A stretch of DNA of 32,000 nt from Paracoccus suum (GTDB taxonomy: Bacteria; Pseudomonadota; Alphaproteobacteria; Rhodobacterales; Rhodobacteraceae): contig NZ_CP030918.1 in assembly GCF_003324675.1 (NCBI RefSeq), positions 1,260,001 through 1,292,000 of the forward strand, read 5' to 3'. The notes under the pieces were generated by a model. The model did no database searches. It was not told the DNA's origin and saw only the letters and a program-made list of their open reading frames with translations. Positions within the stretch are counted from its first letter, which is position 1. Each line of letters starts with the position of its first letter. Below, one piece after another: positions 9,184-18,208 of the stretch. Made by a program: the position numbers and the translations under genes.

Positions 9184-9587
9184 CCGACAGCCCGCACGAG
9201 TTCCTGAACCCCAAAAGCTGGACCCCCGCAGTCGGCTATTCCAACGGCGTCGCAGCGCGGGGCCGCCAGATTTTTCTGGGCGGGTTGATCGGCTGGGACG
9301 GCCAGCAGCAGTGGCATGCGGATGACTTCGTCGGCCAGGTCGAGCAGACGCTCGCCAATATCGTTGCCGTTCTGGCCGAGGCCGGCGCCCGCCCGGAACA
9401 TCTGGTGCGCCTGACTTGGTATGTGACCGACAAGCGCGCCTATCTCGACAATTTGCGCGAGGTCGGCCGCGTCTATCGCCAGCACCTTGGCAAGCATTTC
9501 CCGGCCATGGCCATGGTCCAGGTCGTCGCACTGGTCGAAGACCGCGCCATGGTCGAGATCGAGGCGACCGCCGTCGTCCCGGACTGA
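9180..9587 (+). CDS. RidA/YjgF-family reactive enamine/imine deaminase
   Basis: The 135-aa protein contains YSNGVAARG..IFLGG, EQTLANIVAVLEAAG-like, LTWYVTD and a C-terminal VEIEATAVVP, all typical of YjgF/RidA. It has an ATGA overlap with the upstream stop. Confidence 0.8.
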   Translation: MTDSPHEFLNPKSWTPAVGYSNGVAARGRQIFLGGLIGWDGQQQWHADDFVGQVEQTLANIVAVLAEAGARPEHLVRLTWYVTDKRAYLDNLREVGRVYRQHLGKHFPAMAMVQVVALVEDRAMVEIEATAVVPD

Positions 9588-9627
9588 CCGCCGCACCGAC
9601 CAACGCGAACCATCGGGGAGGATGGCG

Positions 9628-11262
9628 ATGCAGAACGAACCGCTCGGACCGACAGGCCATGTCGATACCTTCACCCGCGACCACCTGCCGCCGGCGGATC
9701 TGTGGCCGCTGCTCGATCTGGGTGATTTCCGCTATCCCGAATGGCTGAACGTCGGATTCGAGCTGACCGACGCCATGGTGGCCCGCGGCTTCGGCGATAA
9801 CACCGCACTGATCGGCAACGGGCGCCAGCGGACCTACAAGGAACTGACCGACTGGACCAACCGCATCGCCCATGCACTGGTCGAGGATTACGGGGTCAAG
9901 CCCGGCAACCGCGTCCTGATCCGCTCGGCCAACAACCCGGCGATGGTCGCTTGCTGGCTGGCTGCGACCAAGGCCGGGGCGGTGGTGGTCAACACCATGC
10001 CGATGCTGCGCGCGGGCGAGCTGGTCAAGATCATCGACAAGGCGCAGATCACCATCGCCCTCTGCGACACGCGCCTGATGGACGAGATGACCGAGGCCGG
10101 ACTGCGCAGCGACGTGCTGCAGACAGTGATCGGTTTTGACGGCAGCGCCAATCACGACGCCGAGCTTGACCGCGCCGCGCTGGGCAAGCCGGTGCGCTTT
10201 GATTGCGTGCGTACCGGCCGCGACGACGTCGCCCTGCTGGGCTTTACCTCGGGCACCACGGGCGCCCCCAAGGCAACGATGCATTTCCATCGCGACATCC
10301 TGATCATCGCCGACGGCTATGCGCGCGAGGTCCTGGACGTGCAGCCCTCGGACGTGTTCATCGGCTCGCCACCGCTCGCCTTTACCTTCGGCCTTGGCGG
10401 CCTCGCGGTCTTCCCGCTGCGCTTCGGGGCGGCAGCCTGCCTGCTGGAGACTGCCTCGCCGCCGAACATGATCGAGATCATCCAGAAATACCGCGCCACG
10501 GTCTGTTTCACTGCGCCCACCGCCTATCGCGCCATGCTGAACGCGATGGAGGAGGGGGCCGACCTTGGCAGCCTGCGCGCCGCCGTCTCGGCCGGCGAGA
10601 CGTTGCCTTCGCCGGTCTATGAGGATTGGCAGCGCAAGACCGGGCGGCCGATGCTGGACGGCATCGGGTCGACCGAAATGCTGCACATCTTCATCACCAA
10701 CCGCTTTGACGATCACCGGCCCGGCTGCACCGGCCGCCCGGTCGGCGGCTATCAGGCCAAGGTGGTCGATGCCGAGGGGGCCGAGGTGCCGCGCGGTACC
10801 ATCGGCAAGCTGGCTGTGCGCGGGCCGGTCGGCTGCCGCTATCTGGACGATCCCGACAAGCAGCGCGAATACGTCCAGAACGGCTGGAACCTGACTGGTG
10901 ACGTGTTCGTCCAGGACGAGGAAGGCCGCTTCCATTTCGCCGCCCGCAACGACGGCATCATCCTGTCGGCGGGCTACAATATCGCCGGACCGGAGGTCGA
11001 GGCCGCGCTGCTGTCCCATCCAGCCATCGCCGAATGCGCCGTCGTCGGCGCGCCTGACCCTGAGCGGGGCGAGATCGTGCAGGCCCATGTCGTGCTGAAA
11101 CCCGGCTATGAGGGCGATGCGCTGCTGGTTCGTGACATCCAGGACCACGCAAAGCGTGTCATCGCCCCCTACAAATACCCGCGCAGCGTCCTGTTCTGTG
11201 CCGCCCTGCCCAAGACCGAGAGTGGCAAGATCCAGCGCTTCCGCCTGAAGGACGCGCCATGA
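9628..11262 (+). CDS. AMP-forming aryl-CoA ligase (2-aminobenzoate/benzoate-CoA ligase family)
   Basis: The AMP-binding motif is [14 protein letters not shown], with GSTE, YRTGD-like NLTGDV and a terminal [11 protein letters not shown]. The start is probably ATG 9628, 6-7 nt after GGAGG (9617-9621); ATG 9622 is the alternative. Confidence 0.85.
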   Translation: MQNEPLGPTGHVDTFTRDHLPPADLWPLLDLGDFRYPEWLNVGFELTDAMVARGFGDNTALIGNGRQRTYKELTDWTNRIAHALVEDYGVKPGNRVLIRSANNPAMVACWLAATKAGAVVVNTMPMLRAGELVKIIDKAQITIALCDTRLMDEMTEAGLRSDVLQTVIGFDGSANHDAELDRAALGKPVRFDCVRTGRDDVALLGFTSGTTGAPKATMHFHRDILIIADGYAREVLDVQPSDVFIGSPPLAFTFGLGGLAVFPLRFGAAACLLETASPPNMIEIIQKYRATVCFTAPTAYRAMLNAMEEGADLGSLRAAVSAGETLPSPVYEDWQRKTGRPMLDGIGSTEMLHIFITNRFDDHRPGCTGRPVGGYQAKVVDAEGAEVPRGTIGKLAVRGPVGCRYLDDPDKQREYVQNGWNLTGDVFVQDEEGRFHFAARNDGIILSAGYNIAGPEVEAALLSHPAIAECAVVGAPDPERGEIVQAHVVLKPGYEGDALLVRDIQDHAKRVIAPYKYPRSVLFCAALPKTESGKIQRFRLKDAP

Positions 11263-12203
11263 GCGACCGCGACCCGCCCAATGCTGCACCGCAGGGCGAT
11301 TCCACCAAGGCGCCCGGCTGTCCCCATGCTGCGAACCCGCGTCCGGAGGGCTATGACGGTGACGGTGTTCCGCGGCGCTACGATCCGGCGACCGAGGGCG
11401 CGCGCATGGGCTTTGAAGGCCGCATGTCCTACGGCGACTACCTCCATCTTGACCCGATCCTGTCCGCCCAGCATCCGCTGTCCACGGCGCATGACGAGAT
11501 GCTGTTCATCATCCAGCACCAGACTTCAGAGCTGTGGATGAAGCTGGCGCTGCACGAGCTCGCCGCCGCTCGCACCGCCATCGCCGAGGATCGCCTGCGC
11601 GCCGCATTCAAGGTGCTCACCCGCGTCTCGCGCATTTTCGAGCAGCTGAACAGCGCCTGGGACGTATTGCGCACCATGACGCCGAGCGAATACCAGCAGT
11701 TTCGGCCCAGCCTGGCCGAAAGCAGCGGCTTTCAAAGCTACCAGTACCGGCTGATCGAATACATGGTCGGCAACCGCAACGTCGCGCTGCTGAAACCGCA
11801 TGCCCACCGCCCTGACCTGCTCAAGGCGCTGGAGGCAGAACTGGAGCGGCCTTCGCTTTATGACGTGGTCCAGGCGCTTGCCGCCCGACGCGGACTGCCG
11901 ATTCCGGCGGACATCCTGACCCGCGATCACCGCCTCGCCTGGACTGCCGACGCGCGCGTGGAAGCCGCATGGTCCGCGGCCTATCGCGACCCGGAGAGCC
12001 ACTGGGAGCTGTACGAGCTGGCTGAGAAGCTGGTCGACTTCGAGGATTATTTCCGCCGCTGGCGCTTTAACCACGTCACCACGGTCGAGCGGATCATAGG
12101 CTTCAAGCGCGGCACCGGGGGCACCGGCGGCGTGCATTATCTGCGCAAGATGCTGGACACGGAGCTGTTCCCCGAACTCTGGCGCTTGCGCACAGGGCTA
12201 TAG
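11259..12203 (+). CDS. kynA: Tryptophan 2,3-dioxygenase
   Basis: The 314-aa protein contains [39 protein letters not shown] and [12 protein letters not shown], which are diagnostic of bacterial TDO. It has an ATGA overlap with the ligase stop. Confidence 0.9.
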   Translation: MSDRDPPNAAPQGDSTKAPGCPHAANPRPEGYDGDGVPRRYDPATEGARMGFEGRMSYGDYLHLDPILSAQHPLSTAHDEMLFIIQHQTSELWMKLALHELAAARTAIAEDRLRAAFKVLTRVSRIFEQLNSAWDVLRTMTPSEYQQFRPSLAESSGFQSYQYRLIEYMVGNRNVALLKPHAHRPDLLKALEAELERPSLYDVVQALAARRGLPIPADILTRDHRLAWTADARVEAAWSAAYRDPESHWELYELAEKLVDFEDYFRRWRFNHVTTVERIIGFKRGTGGTGGVHYLRKMLDTELFPELWRLRTGL

Positions 12204-12282
12204 GGCCCGCATCCGGGCTTTATACCAGGGCTGGAATGGTCCCTTTGTGGTGCAGCGCCAACCGCTGCCGAGGAGCCCGCCG

Positions 12283-12933
12283 ATGACGCCCACCATCACT
12301 GCCTTTGCACAATCCCCCGACCGCGGCCGGGGCTTGGCCCGCGACATGCGCCTGCGCTGGGCGCTCGAAGAGGTCGGCCAACCCTACGACGTTCGCCTCC
12401 TGACCATGGAGGAGATGAAGCAACCTGCGCATCTGGCGCTGAATCCCTTCGGGCAGATCCCCACCTACGAGGATGGCGATCTCGCGCTGTTCGAATCGGG
12501 CGCGATCATCCTGCAGATCGCCACCCAGCACCCCGGCCTTCTGCCCGATGATCCGGCCGCGAGGGCCCGCGCCATCGAATGGATGTTTGCCGCGCTGAAC
12601 ACAGTCGAGCCGCCCATCGTCGCGCGCTCGATGGCCACCATCACTGAGCGCGACGAGCCGTGGTATGACGCGCGCCTGCCAATTCTCACCGAAAGGGTGA
12701 ACACACGGCTGCGCGCACTGTCGGCACGGCTGGGAGAGGCGGATTGGCTGGACGGAGAATTCAGCGCCGGCGATCTGCTGATGGTCAATGTGCTGGAGCG
12801 TGCAAAGGCGATGGATATGCTCGCGGACTATCCGAACCTCGACGCCTATGTCGCCCGTGCTGAGGCAAGGCCCGCGTTCCGCCGCGCCTTTGACGCCCAA
12901 CGGGCGGTATTTACTGCAGCTATGTCCGGCTGA
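12283..12933 (+). CDS. Glutathione S-transferase family protein
   Basis: The N-terminal thioredoxin-like GST motif is LNPFGQIPTYEDGDLALFESGAIILQIA. AGGAG at 12271-12275 lies 7 nt before ATG 12283. Confidence 0.8.
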   Translation: MTPTITAFAQSPDRGRGLARDMRLRWALEEVGQPYDVRLLTMEEMKQPAHLALNPFGQIPTYEDGDLALFESGAIILQIATQHPGLLPDDPAARARAIEWMFAALNTVEPPIVARSMATITERDEPWYDARLPILTERVNTRLRALSARLGEADWLDGEFSAGDLLMVNVLERAKAMDMLADYPNLDAYVARAEARPAFRRAFDAQRAVFTAAMSG

Positions 12934-12939
12934 TCAGTA

Positions 12940-12969
12940 GAGGCTGGCCGGGAATGCCCGGCCAGCCTC
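12940..12969. terminator. Bidirectional hairpin between the convergent GST gene and pckA
   Basis: A perfect 13-bp stem GAGGCTGGCCGGG / CCCGGCCAGCCTC flanks an AATG loop, between the stops at 12933 (+) and 12979 (-). There is no strong T-run on either side. Confidence 0.6.
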
Positions 12970-12978
12970 TCGTCAACT

Positions 12979-14574
<1,596 letters not shown>

Positions 14575-14810
14575 GAGGGCTCTCCTGAACGGTGCGGAAT
14601 TATTGGCGACGCCGGGTCACCTTTGTGGCCGCTATAACACGGACCCATTAGGGCGAAAGACTTGCGCGTTCGCCGATAGCGCAAACATGCAGGTTTAGCG
14701 CAATCATCGCAAAGGTTTGGCATATAGTTGATAGGTTGCTGCGCCAAGCCTCTGCGCCGGGCTAGGGTTCGCAGGGCGATTCGCCTGGATTGAATGTGAG
14801 GTGTGGGGCA

Positions 14811-15221
14811 ATGATGGTGCATGGCTCGTGCGTGGCGATCGGCGGGCGGGCGGTGCTGATCACCGGGCCATCCGGGGCCGGCAAGTCGGCGCTTGCCCTG
14901 GCCCTGATGGCGATCGGTGCGGGACTAGTGGCGGATGACCAGACTGTCCTCGTTCGCCACGACGATGCAATCCTGGCCGACGCGCCACCAAGCCTGCGCG
15001 GCCGGATCGAGGCACGCCACGTCGGCATCCTCGGCGCCGAGCCTGTAGGTCCCGCCGCCGTCACGCTGGTGGTCGACTTGGGCGGCCCACGGTCCGGCCG
15101 CTTGCCGCAAGATGAGACAGTCGAGATGCTGGGCCTTCGCGTGCCCTGCCTTGCCGCGCGCGCCGCGCCGGAACTCGCCCCAGCACTGCGGCAATTTCTG
15201 ATAGGGGGACGGCTGGCATGA
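14811..15221 (+). CDS. hprK: Truncated HPr kinase/phosphorylase (alphaproteobacterial short form, C-terminal kinase domain only)
   Basis: It contains [30 protein letters not shown] and LVADD...[12 protein letters not shown], which are HprK catalytic-domain motifs. Its ~136 aa matches the N-terminally truncated alphaproteobacterial form. I chose ATG 14811 over TTG 14790. Confidence 0.8.
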   Translation: MMVHGSCVAIGGRAVLITGPSGAGKSALALALMAIGAGLVADDQTVLVRHDDAILADAPPSLRGRIEARHVGILGAEPVGPAAVTLVVDLGGPRSGRLPQDETVEMLGLRVPCLAARAAPELAPALRQFLIGGRLA

Positions 15222-16159
15222 GCGACACGCAAAACGAGCCGTCACTGGTTGCCGACGATCCGCGCGACACCCGGCAACGCCTGATTTTCGTGACCGGGCC
15301 AGCCGGGGCGGGGCGTTCGACCGCTATCCATGTTCTGGAGGATCTGGGATATGAGGCGATCGATAACTTGCCACTGTCGCTGATTCCGCGCCTGCTGGAC
15401 GGGCCGCCCCGTAACCGACCGCTGGCCCTTGGCATCGACGCGCGCAACCGCGACTTTTCCATCGCCAACCTGTCGGATCTTCTGGACCGCCTGTCGGTCA
15501 ACGCGAATTACGCGCCAGAACTGCTTTACCTGGATTGCAGTCCTGACGCCCTGGTGCGCCGATATTCCGAGACGCGCCGCCGCCATCCGCTCGCCCCCGA
15601 CGAGCCGCCTCTGGCGGGGATCGAGGCCGAGCGCGAGATGCTTGCCCCCATCCGCAGCCGGGCCGAGGTGCTGATCGACACCACCGACCTCTCGCCGCAT
15701 GACCTGAAGTCAGAGTTGGCGCGGTGGTTCGATCTGGCGGGGAATCACCGCCTCACGGTCTCGCTGCACAGCTTCAGCTACAAGCGCGGGGTGCCCCGCG
15801 GGCTCGACATGATGTTTGACTGTCGCTTTCTTGCCAACCCGCACTGGCGGCCGGAATTGCGGAGCCATGACGGGCGCGAGGGGCCGGTTCAGGACTATGT
15901 CACTGCCGATCCGCTCTATGCGCCCTTCTTTGACAAGGTGCGCGATCTTGTACTGTTCGTGCTTCCTGCCCATCTTGCGGAAGGCAAGGCGCATCTGGCT
16001 ATCGGCTTTGGCTGCACGGGCGGCAAACATCGTTCCGTCACATTGACTGAAAAACTGGGTGAGGCGCTTGCGCAGGCTGGCTGGCGTGTGTCTATAAGAC
16101 ACAGAGAGCTTGAGCATCGTGGCGCGGCCCTGCCCCTGAATGAACCCGCGCCGGCGTGA
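15218..16159 (+). CDS. rapZ: RNase adapter protein RapZ (YhbJ family P-loop protein)
   Basis: It contains [43 protein letters not shown]...D..FD.RFL.NP and GCTGGKHRS, typical of RapZ. It has an ATGA overlap with the hprK stop. Confidence 0.9.
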   Translation: MSDTQNEPSLVADDPRDTRQRLIFVTGPAGAGRSTAIHVLEDLGYEAIDNLPLSLIPRLLDGPPRNRPLALGIDARNRDFSIANLSDLLDRLSVNANYAPELLYLDCSPDALVRRYSETRRRHPLAPDEPPLAGIEAEREMLAPIRSRAEVLIDTTDLSPHDLKSELARWFDLAGNHRLTVSLHSFSYKRGVPRGLDMMFDCRFLANPHWRPELRSHDGREGPVQDYVTADPLYAPFFDKVRDLVLFVLPAHLAEGKAHLAIGFGCTGGKHRSVTLTEKLGEALAQAGWRVSIRHRELEHRGAALPLNEPAPA

Positions 16160-16217
16160 TCCGGACGGCACATCTGTTAGGGGCCGTCGACGCCGGGACT
16201 GTTGTAGGTATGTGTCT

Positions 16218-16661
16218 TTGATCGGAATTGTGATCGTCGCCCATGGCGGCCTGGCGCGTGAATATCTCTCGGCGGTCGAGCATGTCGTGGGGCCGCAAAT
16301 CGGCATCCGCGCTGTGACCATCGAGGAGGATCACGACCGGAACGCCAAGCAGGCCGAGATTTGCCAGGCGGCGAATGCCGTCGACCTGGGCGACGGAGTC
16401 GTGATCGTCACTGACCTCTTCGGCGGCTCGCCCTCCAACCTCGCGCTGATGGCCTGCGAGGCGCGCAAGCGGATCATCCTTTACGGTGCCAACCTGCCGA
16501 TGCTGGTCAAGCTGGCCAAGTCGCGGCAACTGGCGGTGGGCGACGCCGTCGCCTGCGCCAAGGAAGCCGGGCGCAAATACATCAACAGTTATGATGTCAC
16601 CGAGGGCAATCGGCACCGAACGCCGGCGCAGGCCGCGCCCGTGCACCGCGCAGCATCGTGA
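16218..16661 (+). CDS. PTS EIIA component, mannose/fructose family (ManX/PtsM-like regulatory EIIA)
   Basis: IGIVIVAHGGLAREYLSAVEHVVG carries the phosphorylatable His. TDLFGGSPSN and VKLAK are also typical of EIIA-Man. The start is uncertain (TTG 16218 or GTG 16212). Confidence 0.75.
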   Translation: MIGIVIVAHGGLAREYLSAVEHVVGPQIGIRAVTIEEDHDRNAKQAEICQAANAVDLGDGVVIVTDLFGGSPSNLALMACEARKRIILYGANLPMLVKLAKSRQLAVGDAVACAKEAGRKYINSYDVTEGNRHRTPAQAAPVHRAAS

Positions 16662-16942
16662 ACGCTGCTGCCGAGGTGGTGCGCGACCTGCAGGTCGTGA
16701 ACGAGAAGGGGCTGCACGCCCGCGCCTCCGCCCGCTTTGTCGAGACTGTCGAGCGATTCGATGCCCGCGCCTTTGTCGAAAAGGATGGCGAGCGGGTGTC
16801 CGGCGATTCGATCATGGGACTGCTGATGCTGGGGGCGCCACGCGGCAGCACGATCCGCATCACCACACGTGGGAATGACGCCATCGCCTTGGCCGATGCG
16901 CTGGAGGCATTGCTGGCCGATCGCTTCGGCGAAGGCGCCTGA
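16658..16942 (+). CDS. ptsH: HPr-family phosphocarrier protein (HPr/NPr)
   Basis: The 94-aa protein has the active-site GLHARAS, the regulatory-serine region GDSIMGLLMLGA and the typical HPr length. GTG 16658 overlaps the EIIA stop (GTGA). Confidence 0.85.
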   Translation: MNAAAEVVRDLQVVNEKGLHARASARFVETVERFDARAFVEKDGERVSGDSIMGLLMLGAPRGSTIRITTRGNDAIALADALEALLADRFGEGA

Positions 16943-16951
16943 GGCGGGCGG

Positions 16952-17563
16952 ATGCCAGCCGCCCGGCCGTATCACCACGGCAATCTTCGCGAGGCGCTGA
17001 TCGCGGCGGCTATCCAGCTTATCGAAACGCAGGGGCCACTCGGCTTTACCATGGCCGAGGCCGCGCGCATGGCGGGCGTGTCCGCCGCCGCGCCCTATCG
17101 CCACTTCAAGGGTCGCGACGATCTGCTGGCCGAGGTTGCCCGGATCGGCTTTGTCGAGTTCGGCGACAGGCTGGGTGCGGCCTTTGATGAGGGCAAACCC
17201 CGGCCCATGACCGCCTTCATGCGGGTCGGCCACGCCTACCTGGATTTCGCGGCGCAGCGGCAGGGCCTCTACATGGCCATGTTCGAAAGCGGCGTCAGCA
17301 TTTCCGGCAGCGATCCCGTAGGCCTCGCCGCGCGTCGTGCAGACAAGGTGCTGATGGACATGGCCAGATCCCTGATCGCCCATTTTCCCGAGGAGACGCG
17401 CCCGCCCGCCCGCATGGTTGCCGACCATATCTTCGCCATGAGCCATGGCGTGGTCGAGTTGTTCGCCCGTGGCCGAACCGGGGGCCGCTCTCCCATCGCC
17501 CCGGCGGATATGCTGGAAAGCGCGGTGCTGATCTATCTGCGCGGCCTGTCGGTTTCGGCTTGA
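16952..17563 (+). CDS. TetR/AcrR-family transcriptional regulator
   Basis: The N-terminal helix-turn-helix is YHHGNLREALIAAAIQLIETQGPLGFTMAEAARMAGVSAAAPYRHFKGRDDLL, a classic TetR-family pattern. Confidence 0.85.
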   Translation: MPAARPYHHGNLREALIAAAIQLIETQGPLGFTMAEAARMAGVSAAAPYRHFKGRDDLLAEVARIGFVEFGDRLGAAFDEGKPRPMTAFMRVGHAYLDFAAQRQGLYMAMFESGVSISGSDPVGLAARRADKVLMDMARSLIAHFPEETRPPARMVADHIFAMSHGVVELFARGRTGGRSPIAPADMLESAVLIYLRGLSVSA

Positions 17564-17653
17564 GGCAGGCCGCTCGGGCTATGCCTCGCTCAAGATCAGA
17601 AAAACTGCAGCGGGTATCTTGAAGGCTGAACAGCGCATCCCATCTTGAAGGAA

Positions 17654-17670
17654 TGTGAATGGCATTCACA
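17654..17670. promoter_or_regulatory. Perfect palindrome TGTGAAT-GGC-ATTCACA; candidate operator
   Basis: It has 7-nt inverted arms and a 3-nt spacer, and lies 23 nt upstream of the DUF2852 start and downstream of the TetR gene. It is preceded by two direct copies of ATCTTGAAGG (17616-17625 and 17642-17651). Confidence 0.45.
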
Positions 17671-17692
17671 CCATCCTTCTGAGGAGCCGCCA

Positions 17693-18133
17693 ATGCAAGT
17701 TACCACCCCCCTTGGCCGCGACGCGGTCACGTTTGCGCCAAGCCTGTTCGACCGGATCGGCATGGCCGCGGCCGGGGTGCGCGACTGGCTCGACGCCCGT
17801 GGGCGTCTGGCCTGGATCGCCGCCATGGTCATCGGTTTTGTGGCCGCCTGGCCGGTTGGGCTCGGCCTGTTGTTTTACATGATCGCGACCCGGCGTCTTG
17901 GCGGTGGCTGCGCAGAGCGCGGCAGCCGGCATCACCTGATGCGGCGCGGCCGCGGGACCGGCAACAGCGCCTTTGACGCCTATCGCGACGAGACCCTGCG
18001 TCGGCTCGAGGACGAGCATGCCGAGTTCCTGGCCTTCCTCGCGCGTCTCCGCGAAGCCAAGGACAAGGCCGAGTTCGACGCCTTCATGAAGGACCGCAGC
18101 GAGGCCCCCAAGCCTGAAGAGCCGGCTGCCTGA
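17693..18133 (+). CDS. DUF2852-like small membrane protein
   Basis: The 146-aa protein has one hydrophobic helix (LAWIAAMVIGFVAAWPVGLGLLFYMI) and then FDAYRDETLRRLEDEHAEFLAFLARLREAKDKAEFDAFM, which I recognise as the DUF2852 pattern. GAGGAG at 17681-17686 precedes ATG 17693. Confidence 0.6.
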   Translation: MQVTTPLGRDAVTFAPSLFDRIGMAAAGVRDWLDARGRLAWIAAMVIGFVAAWPVGLGLLFYMIATRRLGGGCAERGSRHHLMRRGRGTGNSAFDAYRDETLRRLEDEHAEFLAFLARLREAKDKAEFDAFMKDRSEAPKPEEPAA

Positions 18134-18155
18134 TTGGCCACTCTCTCATTACAAG

Positions 18156-18181
18156 GGGCCGCAGCTTTAAAGCTGCGGCCC
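18156..18181. terminator. Bidirectional hairpin between convergent genes
   Basis: A perfect 26-nt palindrome GGGCCGCAGCTTTAAAGCTGCGGCCC is followed by TTACTTTTG on the plus strand. Confidence 0.7.
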
Positions 18182-18208
18182 TTACTTTTGCGGCTTACCC
18201 CGCGAGGA

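Noticed and set aside
8041-9587. The long track ORFs 8041-9183 (380 aa) and 8268-9587 (439 aa) read as large fusion proteins
   Set aside because: Their N-terminal parts are Arg/Pro-rich out-of-frame overlaps of the acyl-CoA dehydrogenase gene. The recognisable thioesterase and RidA domains begin at ATG 8761 and ATG 9180, each overlapping the preceding stop codon.
8992-11289. 765-aa minus-strand ORF over the RidA and CoA-ligase genes
   Set aside because: This is a shadow ORF. The plus-strand frames carry the AMP-binding (TSGTTGAPK) and RidA motifs, and the minus-strand product has none.
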